Source: Trypanosoma brucei (taxonomy: Eukaryota). Taken from it: a stretch of DNA of 64,000 nucleotides. The translations under genes and the position numbers were made by a program. Below are positions 53,055-62,461 of the stretch, piece after piece (position 1 is the stretch's first letter; each line of letters opens with the position of its first letter). The stretch spans positions 3,712,001 to 3,776,000 of the forward strand of contig CM000208.1 in assembly GCA_000002445.1 (NCBI GenBank), read 5' to 3'. The notes beneath the pieces are model-generated. The model saw nothing but the letters and a program-made list of their open reading frames with translations. It made no database searches and was not told the DNA's origin.

Positions 53055-54821
53055 ATGTTTGTTACCTCGCAACTAACACATATGCGGAGGCTCTCGGTAT
53101 CGTTCCTACCGTTTCACCTGATCGTCACTACTCAGCGTCGCCAATTTGGTGGAAACTCGAAGGATGGGCACAAGGGGGAGGACAAACCGATAGAACGCGT
53201 AGGAGGAGTGCCACCCACAGGTCCCCATCCGTTTAACATCACTAGTGGAGCAGAAGGACAAATCTCCAACCAGCAGCGCAAGGCCCACGATGCCATAACT
53301 CAACTTTTCCGCGACGACGCGCAGCGAAAGGCACTATATCAGAAGCCTGGTAGGACCATTGGGGCCCAAACTACAACTGCCGCCATCTCGACGCCGCCGA
53401 ATGAAGATGAATTTGAGGGTCTGCAGCCCATTTCAGGTGATGCGGAGCCGTCGTCCATCACTGCAGTGGAGGCTGTGGAGCAAGAGTTGTTAGACGATGC
53501 TTTTTTGTATTTTCCACCCGCACAGCAGTCCGCGAGTGGCAGTGTCGCTACCACTGCTACTAACGAACTGTACGTACCGGGACAGCAAATCATTCCTCCC
53601 GGATTAACGCGCTACCGAGTGGATGTGCAATACCAGGGAAATGATTTTGATGGATGGTGGAAGAGCACGACACGCCAGCTTTTCAGACGTGAGGTCGGTT
53701 TAGATGGCTCAATCACGCGGGTGCCGGTGGCGGAGCCAGGAACCATCGGAAACGCTGCTGGGGTCTCTCGAGGGGAGACGATGGGTAGCAGATATCATGC
53801 GCGAACAGTGTTGGAGGAAGCACTTGCCGTGGCGCTCGATGTGAATACGGTCCGTGTTGTGGCCGGTGTCATACCTGAGGTTGGGGTGTCTGTGCGACGT
53901 CTCTGCTGTCACGTCGATGTACCCAGTCACATTGAGCTGCAGCCACGAACAGTGATTCAGCGGGCCACTATGTGGATGGAAAAACGCCAACAACCCCTAG
54001 CCATTTTGAGTTATCGTCGATGCAAGAACCAAGACTTTCACGCACGCCACAGTGGCTTGAGGCGTGTCTATGTTTACCGCATTCTGAATCGTGTCGCACC
54101 GCCCTTATTCGACGCTGGGCTCCAGTGGCATGTAGATCGCCACCTCGATGTGGACCGGATGAAGCGATTTGCTAAAACCCTTGAGGGCACAAAGGACTTC
54201 GGTTACTTTGCTGACCCCAAGATGGCAAATGCGCTGCGGCGGGCAGCCATGAGCCCTGGTGGTTTTTCTACAGGGGCAGTAACGGAAGAAAACTTCCAAC
54301 CAAAAGCTACAGGGGAATCGCACCGAGTGACGCGCGGCAAAGCGCCGAAGGTGACGATGGAAAAAGGCCCCAGTAACCTTGATCGAGCCGCAGCGCTTCC
54401 AACTTTTAACGAGTACGGCCAGCGAGTTGTGCAGCCAGGTGCTCATGGAAAAGAATATTACCGTGTTGCAACCAATCTACCGACGGTACGGACAGTCGAC
54501 AGGCTTGATGTGGTGCGGCAGGATGATGAGGTGCTTATTTGGTTTGTAGGCCGCTCTTTCCTCCGTCATCAAATTCGAAATATGGTAAGTGTGCTGAAGG
54601 CAGCTGGACACGGTCTGTGGAATGATCTGGAACTCCAGCAGGCCCTGCAAAGCGGCTTTGAGCCGTCACGGCATCGGTTCAAGCGGGAGCGCTTCCCAAC
54701 AGCACCGGCGTATGGCTTGACATTGTGGGATGTGGAGTACCCGGATCAGCACCGAGACGATTACGTGCAATTTGTCGATTCTGGACCATATGAACAAGTG
54801 AACATCGCCCGTGACATATAA
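53055..54821 (+). CDS. TruA/Pus1-family pseudouridine synthase homolog with N-terminal extension (possible mitochondrial targeting)
   Basis: ATG 53055. Family-typical C-terminal motif VGRSFLRHQIRNMVSVL (compare FLYHMVR.MVG.L), plus RTVLEEALAVAL and YRILNRV...LEGTKDF blocks. N-terminus MFVTSQLTHMRRLSVSFLPF is basic/amphipathic. Confidence 0.7.
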   Translation: MFVTSQLTHMRRLSVSFLPFHLIVTTQRRQFGGNSKDGHKGEDKPIERVGGVPPTGPHPFNITSGAEGQISNQQRKAHDAITQLFRDDAQRKALYQKPGRTIGAQTTTAAISTPPNEDEFEGLQPISGDAEPSSITAVEAVEQELLDDAFLYFPPAQQSASGSVATTATNELYVPGQQIIPPGLTRYRVDVQYQGNDFDGWWKSTTRQLFRREVGLDGSITRVPVAEPGTIGNAAGVSRGETMGSRYHARTVLEEALAVALDVNTVRVVAGVIPEVGVSVRRLCCHVDVPSHIELQPRTVIQRATMWMEKRQQPLAILSYRRCKNQDFHARHSGLRRVYVYRILNRVAPPLFDAGLQWHVDRHLDVDRMKRFAKTLEGTKDFGYFADPKMANALRRAAMSPGGFSTGAVTEENFQPKATGESHRVTRGKAPKVTMEKGPSNLDRAAALPTFNEYGQRVVQPGAHGKEYYRVATNLPTVRTVDRLDVVRQDDEVLIWFVGRSFLRHQIRNMVSVLKAAGHGLWNDLELQQALQSGFEPSRHRFKRERFPTAPAYGLTLWDVEYPDQHRDDYVQFVDSGPYEQVNIARDI

Positions 54822-55768
54822 TGAGCGTAGCCGCGGATGGCAAAAACCTATGGTAAGTAACAAATTGCATGGGAGGAAGGGCCAAAAGTACATCGCGTGC
54901 CTTTCGCTGTGACATTGCTCGTGGAATGAGAAGTGAGAGGACTCTCTCAGCTAACGAGGCTCATCAATACCGCGCGGTATGTGGGACTATGAATGTTTCA
55001 TTCTACGTCGCTTTTTATCGATCCACTAATATGGACGCTGTTTCAATTCCTGCCGGTGGTCCGCATACTTTCTCTTAAGTTAACGCTGTGAGTGAGGCGA
55101 TCGCTTTTCTCCCATACACACATAAGGTTTCTGCCTTATTCGGCTTTGACTGAGCTGGATGGAGTCTGATCTCAAATACGATTAATTGCTCTTTTTTTTT
55201 TATTCTCTGACTTTTTTGGGGGTTGATTAGTGCATAAAAGCGCGGAGGAAAGGAGAGAATTAGTTGACAAGGCAGGGTACTAGTAACTAGGGAAAAAGTC
55301 AAGAAATAACAAAGAAGGGGAAAGAATTATTTTAATCTGTATTTCACATTTAGGGGACGTGGCTGCACCTGCGTACGTTCTCGTGACTCGATCACCTGCA
55401 GGGATTCACTCCCTTTTATTTTATCCTGTCCTTTGAAATTTGCTGGTACCCGTTGCCCTTGGCACGGTATAGAAACGATAAGGGTATTGGTTTAAGGTAG
55501 GCCACGTGAGGAATAACAAAGACGTTCAAAAGAACATTTTGAGGGATCAGAGACTATTGCGTTTCCCTCACGAACATATAAAATAAGTGTACCGAGCAAC
55601 GGAGGTGCCATCAAGTTTACGCCCCCCCCCCCTTCCGCTTGCACTTTTAGGTGTCCGGGACGGTAAAAACAGAAAGGGAGGACGAGAGCGGTGTTAGCAC
55701 ACTCCTCCACTCTTTTTTTTTCTCTGTTGCGCTGTCGCTGGTTTCCACCGCCCATCACTTCTCCTGGG

Positions 55769-58108
55769 ATGATTCGTTACACTCAATACCTTATCACGAG
55801 GCATACACCGGCCTTGTTGAAGAAAGCTGTGGCTCCAAATGTTAACGTTTCTGCCACGTTGCAAAAATCATTTCGCACGTACCGAATCGCCGCCGTGTTG
55901 CGTAAACCTCTTCCTCCTAAGGTCAACCTCATCATGATTGACAACACCGTTAAAGGGAAGAGTGTGGATCTGCTATCTATCGTAAAATTAGTGACTGGGT
56001 ATGGAAAGAAGGTTATGGACAAACATAACGACATGGGACGTTTACACCCCCTCATTTTGATTGTGAAAACAACTCTGGATAGGGACAATGCCAGCGTTGA
56101 CCAATTTGTGCTGAATATGGTCCTGACGAAGCGTAAGTACCTTAAGGACATGATTACGATTGTTCTCGACGCCAAAACCACAGCAGCTGCTGCACATGCA
56201 CTTCGTACTGACAGGGGAATCACGTTAGTACTGAAAAAAAACGACCCGGCAACAACTGAGAAGGATCAGGTTAATGAGGCTGATGAGAAAGCGGAGAGAG
56301 GCACCACTATAGAGCAGGCGGAAAAGAAGAAACGGGGTAAAACGAAGAAAAGGAAAGGTGTGCTTCTTCAAGCGCCAGCTGCGGTGCCGAGTGTGACAGA
56401 AAGCAGTTCGCTTATTAGCCGACGAAAGAAGTTAACAAAAGGCAAGCTCAAAAAGCGCGCTCATTCGCCAGGGAAAGTATCCAAGGTTGAAGCTGAATCG
56501 AGGAAGAAAAACGAAACCATGATAGTACAAACAAAAGCAGACCGGCGGGCTCTGATATGGGGGAAGGGAAGCGCGACCGATTCGCCAGAGACCGCTGCAG
56601 GTGTAGGCAACGCAGAAGGGAAAAAGAATCCTCCTGCTCCGAAGATGGCTTCTGCACTTGCACACATTGATGCGCAAGAGGCTTTGGGCAAACCATTCTG
56701 TCCTACGGTTGGTGGTGTTTTTCAACCGTCGCAGCAAGTTGAACGGGAGCTTTTCTCCGGTTATGTGAATGTTGTGTGTCTGGCTGATATGCTGAACCTC
56801 CCTGTCTACAAGGGTGGCGAAATGTTCACACTTTACTACCGTTTGACGGGCGCAGGAGCCTACCGCACTCCTCTGATAACAATCAGTAAAATATTGGAGG
56901 AAGCCTGTCAAAAGCATGGTGGAGGACCGTCTCCACACTCAAGCGCGGTTCCTACGAGTCAGGTGCCCCTGTTGCTACTTCTTGGTGCACCGTTCCTTTT
57001 TGGAGAAGATGCTCGTCTCCTCTGTGAGGAATACCAGAAATCTTTACGTAGTCAGATTCCCGCCATATCAGAAATTACGATAATCGTGGCACCAGCTTGC
57101 TACACAGAGAAGAATATTCTCTTTGCCCTTAATACCGCGCAAGAGGGGCGCAAAAGCAGTTGCGAGGCTTCAAGGAACGAACCACACCAAAAGCAGCATA
57201 GACATGACGAGCCCCCTAGTGCCTTGGCCAACCTGTCGTCTGGTGAGGGGACGAATTCGTCCTTATCTGAGAATGTTTTACGAGACATCGTATCAACAGC
57301 CGTGGAAGAGGTCACACAACGCCATGAAAAGTCTACACGGGATCTCTCAGGAGCGGTGAAGCAGCTTATAGAGTGCTTGCCACGAGACCGTCTTGTAAAT
57401 TTAATAGATAATCTTGAGGAGGAGAGACTTGCGCTTCTTGAAACTACCAAGGGGCTAGGTGAAATTCGGCAGCGGGTGCGCGGCACGCAGGAAACTTTGG
57501 ACACGATGCACAAAGAAGTTGTTGGCATGGCGAGCAAGGCAAATGCTCCAAACGTCTCAGGTAACATCGGTTCAGCAGCTGACGTCATCGAACTCTGCAA
57601 GGCTGTTGAAACACTGAAGGGCCGAATAGCAGACTGTGCTAATCCCGTGCCAATAAAGCAACAGCTAAGCTTTGAGATACGTGAAACATTAGGAGACTTG
57701 AAGAGGAATCTTCAGGACACATTCAACCAATCGCTCCAAGTGGGTTTCAAGAATATACAGGACCAGCAGCAGAGTCAGTTAACAGTCGCTCTTAGGGAAT
57801 ATGCCTCGGAGAGCGCAAGGGAGCGCGCCCTCACAGAGCAGACTCTTCGTGACCTCCCAAAAAACCTTCAGAGTGCAATGGAGAAGGCGCTCTCCACGCT
57901 GACGGATCGTAATGATAGAAAAACTGCGGAAGTGTTCGTTGAACAGCAGAAGTTAGTAGACACCAAAGTCTCCGCCATGTGCGATGCACTAGGCAGAACA
58001 GTTGAAAAGGGTCACGACCGCTTGCGAGATACTCTCACAGACTTGCTGCAGAGAAATCCCAACGCCAGCAGTGGGACCTCCCCTACAACCGACACACAGC
58101 ATAACTGA
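55769..58108 (+). CDS. hypothetical protein (basic Lys-rich middle, C-terminal coiled coil)
   Basis: ORF track starts at GTG 55691; first in-frame ATG is 55769 (MIRYTQYLITRHTP). 780 aa. KKKRGKTKKRKG basic cluster; C-terminal Q/L/E heptads. No family recognised. Confidence 0.55.
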   Translation: MIRYTQYLITRHTPALLKKAVAPNVNVSATLQKSFRTYRIAAVLRKPLPPKVNLIMIDNTVKGKSVDLLSIVKLVTGYGKKVMDKHNDMGRLHPLILIVKTTLDRDNASVDQFVLNMVLTKRKYLKDMITIVLDAKTTAAAAHALRTDRGITLVLKKNDPATTEKDQVNEADEKAERGTTIEQAEKKKRGKTKKRKGVLLQAPAAVPSVTESSSLISRRKKLTKGKLKKRAHSPGKVSKVEAESRKKNETMIVQTKADRRALIWGKGSATDSPETAAGVGNAEGKKNPPAPKMASALAHIDAQEALGKPFCPTVGGVFQPSQQVERELFSGYVNVVCLADMLNLPVYKGGEMFTLYYRLTGAGAYRTPLITISKILEEACQKHGGGPSPHSSAVPTSQVPLLLLLGAPFLFGEDARLLCEEYQKSLRSQIPAISEITIIVAPACYTEKNILFALNTAQEGRKSSCEASRNEPHQKQHRHDEPPSALANLSSGEGTNSSLSENVLRDIVSTAVEEVTQRHEKSTRDLSGAVKQLIECLPRDRLVNLIDNLEEERLALLETTKGLGEIRQRVRGTQETLDTMHKEVVGMASKANAPNVSGNIGSAADVIELCKAVETLKGRIADCANPVPIKQQLSFEIRETLGDLKRNLQDTFNQSLQVGFKNIQDQQQSQLTVALREYASESARERALTEQTLRDLPKNLQSAMEKALSTLTDRNDRKTAEVFVEQQKLVDTKVSAMCDALGRTVEKGHDRLRDTLTDLLQRNPNASSGTSPTTDTQHN

Positions 58109-59508
58109 ATAGACATACAGCATAGAGTTTAAACGGAAACAAATAATAACATATAATAAAAGTGCGAGTACATAGCGAGGGCATGCTCGAAGGAATACAT
58201 GGACTCAGCTGGACACGTTTTCATATATGGAAGCTGTTCATGGCAGTTAGGTGCATGAATCTTACTTCCCTGCATCTGCTATGTATCCATGTGCGTGTGG
58301 GTACGCGTCTTGAAGGCTTGAGTGTTTATGGCGCTCCATAGGTCGGGCTGAACTTTTGTGGACCGAGCAACTCCCTTGCACAACATGTGTTCATCAAGAG
58401 AAAGCCGTCATCCTGTGTGTGTCCCGTGCACTCCCATGGAGTACGCAATTGCTTCGGAGAAATGAATGAACGTCCTCGAGATGGGGCCAATACGACCTGT
58501 TTTTCGTTTACCACGGGTTTCACGTTGGTCTCGTCTGTGCAGCTCGCTCGTTGGTTTGGGGGATTGAGTGGTTCGCGCATCCCGCTCTTGTTCTATTTTG
58601 AGTTTTCCTCCTTTTTTTTTCTGTTCTGCCCTGCTTTCTTCACCTAAGGGAGGAAAAGGGGAGAAGGGACGACGATAGACTTTACTCATAATTGGAGAAA
58701 CTTCTCCGTTTATTTCCTATCTGATTTTTCCAACGTGACATATTTCTTATTTTTGTAAAGTTCATTCCTTTCCCTGTGGGGTGGGGAGGGCAAAGGATAG
58801 AGAGGTTCAAATGAATGGAATCATATGGACTGGTTGGAAGTTAGAGCTACTAAAGTTTCTGGACGGGTTTGTAGTTATTTGCGCTCTGTTTCGTCGGCCG
58901 TCTTCTTTTACAAGTCTCTGATGTTCCGTCCGCGCCAGCATAGCTCGTAATTAGGCGCTGATTGCTCGTGGTGACCTAATTTCCCCTTGTCTTGTCCCTC
59001 ACATATACACAAATGTCAAGAAATGTTTCCTCTTATGCGCCGTGAGGTTCACTTCAGTACGTCTCCCTTGTGACTTACTTGTTCTTATTTTCGTATTAGT
59101 ATAGGGTGGTTTCTCTTTCCTTATCCCTCTGACCCTTTCCCGCTATTCACTACGTGGCGGGGGAATCAAAGCGTATTGTTAGCGGAGGGAACGTTTCTGT
59201 GGGGTTATAATCCCGGAGCCCAAGCTGGCCCTGGAAGTGCAACGCGTGGAGGTGGATAAAGATGGGGAGGAAACGTTAGGGGAAAAATTGGTCAAAGTAG
59301 TGCACACGTTGCCTGCTAAAATGTCTGGCAGCGTGTTGAGGACTCATTCTCCCTTCTATATCTACTCTATCCTCTCATTTCACCCCTTTCCAACGTCCCT
59401 TCGCTAGTATTTCTGTCACCATCCTCACGTAAGGAGAGGAAAGAGCTTTTCCACCATTAGCCCCCACTAGTGAAGACGGCCACTCAAACTCTGAGTTTAT
59501 CGGTGACA

Positions 59509-61563
59509 ATGTTCTCACAGCTACGAGTTCACCTCGTCGTCCACAAGGGCAGCGGTGGAGGCAAAGGCGGCAAAATGATGAGGCGTGTAGAAAAGGCGTT
59601 ACGAAGAAATTTCAGTGCCATCACCATTCGGGAGCTAACAGGCAGTGAGGCTCTGGCGGAACATATGGATCCTACCGGGCATGCAGTTGGAAGCGGAACA
59701 GAAGTGATGCAAGACACAAACCCAACTGCAGGCAGGGATCGCACAACCGATGGAGTCGTAGCAAATGAAGGCGTTGAAGGTGAGTTGATTCCTTGTTTGG
59801 CCCTGTGTGTGGATATCATCACCACAGAGGGTGCATTACGTGTAAGGGAGGTCGTAGAGGAACTCGCGTGTCGGGTGGTGAGCGGCATTCTCCGAAATGC
59901 ACTTGGGTCGGGCAATGGGACAAATATGGCGATAGATCCAGTGACAAATGAAGTGAAGAGTGTTTGGACGAAAGTTTTTAATGTGTTTGCCGTCATTGGT
60001 GGAGATGGCTCGTTAGGTGAGGCCGTTAATGGGCTCTGCTTCGGAACTCTCAAAGCCTATCGTAGTGGATTTTGTACTGCACTCGACACTGCAGCTTGCA
60101 GTCGTCCAGATTCCATGCACTACTACCGTGGGATGCTTGAGGACCGGGCAATACTGCGTCACTTTCTACCACCCGTAATGTATGTACCCGCAGGAACAGG
60201 CTCGGACTTCGCTAGAACCAGGTTGTGCTGTCTCAATGCCGAAGAGTTCGTAACCGTTCTAAGAGACATGCACGAATACCTTGCATTTACCAGTGATGGG
60301 GAAGGGTCGCAGCGTACTATAAAATACAGCACTTGTTTGCCCATTGGTAGCCCCTCGAGCGCCTCAACAAGCGGATCCATTGATTGCTCTGTGGGCCCAG
60401 ATTGCGCTAGCGGCGGCAGCACCGAAGCCTGCGGTAAGGGTCCCAAATCGCTGTCGCGTAGATTTGCGGTGTACGACGTGGACGTCTCTCGAATCACATT
60501 CCCTCGGAGTGGGCGCACGCGCTTTTTTATCAATGAGTGCTCGTGTGGTATGTCATGTGACGTGATCTCACGTTGCGAAAAATACAAACAGTCATGTACA
60601 GCTTCATTCGTTGCGGGCCCGGTACTGTTTGCAGCAGCATCTGTGGCTTCTGTTATGCGGATGAAGCCCAGATCCTTCCGGGTTTTCCCCCTTCCTGATT
60701 TCCCCACGCCGCCGCCCTCTATGGGTCACCAGCACAAAGTGCCTGTCGTTGGTGTGCTGCATCCGCGTCATCTCTCCATGGGGGTAGCGGTCTCCGGGAT
60801 GTGCGAGGAAATGTCGTGGTTACAACGCTGTGAAGAAGTTGGTGCTTTATCCCCCAGTACGGAACCGTTACGTGTAGACGCCAACTATTACATTTACAAA
60901 TATGATAGGGAAGGGGGATACCCGTCGACGCCTGATTTATCCGGCGGCGCTGTTGGAGCGCAGTCAACCGACATAGGTAGTGAAAAAGAAACCGTTATCA
61001 ATCCATTCTACACTGATTGGAGGTGCGAAAGTGCGTCTAACACGAAGGAACTTCTTTCCATCTTAGATAGAAACGGTGTGTATGATCGGTGGACATGTTT
61101 CTCCTCTTCCACACTCGTATTTGGTAACGGGCGCTGGTTCGGTGGTGGGCTGCAAGTCGCCCCACACGCCAATCCAACGGACGGCCTGTTGAGTGTGACG
61201 AATTGGGTAGCAAGTCCCTGCCAGTTCGTCATGGGTGCACCGTCTTTGTACAATGGCAACCATAAACGTTGGCGCAGCACGACAATTTGGAACACAAGTA
61301 GGTGCATCATGGATGTTGATACTATCTCCACACAAGAGCCGAAATTTCCCGATTCCTCTCCGCCGAACCCCGTGGGTACTGATGTTAAGTGTAATGGGGA
61401 GCAGGTTGAGGGCACGGAAGAGATACTAAACGGCGGTGGGGGGGCGCCAGACAAAATAATGATGTGGTGTGAAGCCGATGGTGAGTTGTGCGAACCCATC
61501 CCTGCCATCGTGGAGGTGACCACCACTGTTTCGATGATATTACCACTACGGACAGTGTTTTAA
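59509..61563 (+). CDS. lipid kinase, DAGK-catalytic-domain family (sphingosine/ceramide/diacylglycerol kinase-like) with insertions
   Basis: ORF track starts at GTG 59470; first ATG is 59509. DAGKc motifs: LVVHKGSGGGKGGK (NPxSGxG-like), VFAVIGGDGSLGEAVNGL (GGDG), VPAGTGSDFAR (GTGND-like), and a C-terminal FGNGRWFGGGLQVAPHANPTDGLLSV (DG.L). Confidence 0.7.
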   Translation: MFSQLRVHLVVHKGSGGGKGGKMMRRVEKALRRNFSAITIRELTGSEALAEHMDPTGHAVGSGTEVMQDTNPTAGRDRTTDGVVANEGVEGELIPCLALCVDIITTEGALRVREVVEELACRVVSGILRNALGSGNGTNMAIDPVTNEVKSVWTKVFNVFAVIGGDGSLGEAVNGLCFGTLKAYRSGFCTALDTAACSRPDSMHYYRGMLEDRAILRHFLPPVMYVPAGTGSDFARTRLCCLNAEEFVTVLRDMHEYLAFTSDGEGSQRTIKYSTCLPIGSPSSASTSGSIDCSVGPDCASGGSTEACGKGPKSLSRRFAVYDVDVSRITFPRSGRTRFFINECSCGMSCDVISRCEKYKQSCTASFVAGPVLFAAASVASVMRMKPRSFRVFPLPDFPTPPPSMGHQHKVPVVGVLHPRHLSMGVAVSGMCEEMSWLQRCEEVGALSPSTEPLRVDANYYIYKYDREGGYPSTPDLSGGAVGAQSTDIGSEKETVINPFYTDWRCESASNTKELLSILDRNGVYDRWTCFSSSTLVFGNGRWFGGGLQVAPHANPTDGLLSVTNWVASPCQFVMGAPSLYNGNHKRWRSTTIWNTSRCIMDVDTISTQEPKFPDSSPPNPVGTDVKCNGEQVEGTEEILNGGGGAPDKIMMWCEADGELCEPIPAIVEVTTTVSMILPLRTVF

Positions 61564-62461
61564 ACAGTAAGAGACGTGGGCGGGGACGGCCCACGTTGAA
61601 ATCTTGGAAGAGGGTGAACTTGCTTTCCGCATCTCTTTAGTTATTTCATTGTCTAGCAGTGTTTTCTCTGCTCAATGTTTTTGTCTTTTTTTTTATTTTG
61701 GAGGGTAAGATGGGGGGAAAGGGATGCAAAAAAAAACAACAAAAAAAAGTGGATCACACAGGAGGGAGCATGCTGAGCGAGCGGTGCCCCATGGGAATTA
61801 CAGATAGCTAGGATGCCTTTTTCTTGTGCATGTGTTTTAAAACCCGGAGGCCACCACTTTCCCCTCTGTATATCCATCAAATCGTTGGTTTGCTTGTCGT
61901 GTTCACCGCTGACACTTCACGGTATCTGCTTGCGTATCTTCTCTCTTAATAACTAGCATCGTGTTTTAACCTTATATTCACTCTGGGTTATAGGTGGTGT
62001 TTTTGGAGGGCTCCAATAATTAAAAACAGTCAAAGAGGAATGTAACAGCGCTTGGAAGGCGACGCAAGCTCCTCATGTTTTTCTTCTTCCCCAAACTTTT
62101 CTGTGCCACTCTTCTTTCCGCTTGTTCCTATTACTCTTTTTTTCTTATTTCGCTGTCACCTGTTTTCCTTCTCCTGTGCGTGGGCACCCAGAGAGTACGT
62201 TCCGTCGAACGGTTCATCTCGATAATCTGGTAGGACCTCCGCTCGGAACGTGAGGTCGCTGGGCACAATTTAGGCCCCTTTTTAGATTTAGTACCGAGAA
62301 AGAGAGTGGACGGTACGCAGTGTAAATTTAGATTCTCACATATTTAGGAGCTGCTACGCACGAGCCCAAATCCACTACAAGAGATTTGAGCAGGGAGAGG
62401 GAAGGAACATTGGAAAGCTGAAGTCGCTACATATAAGGGAGCAAGGAATAAGGTGGCGGTA

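Noticed and set aside
55691-55768. ORF-track N-terminal extensions starting at GTG/TTG codons (55691, 13775, 11094, 21560, 38068, 41041, 59470)
   Set aside because: The track evidently translates alternative initiators as M. Nuclear genes use AUG, so I trimmed each to the first in-frame ATG. The extended versions are not supported.
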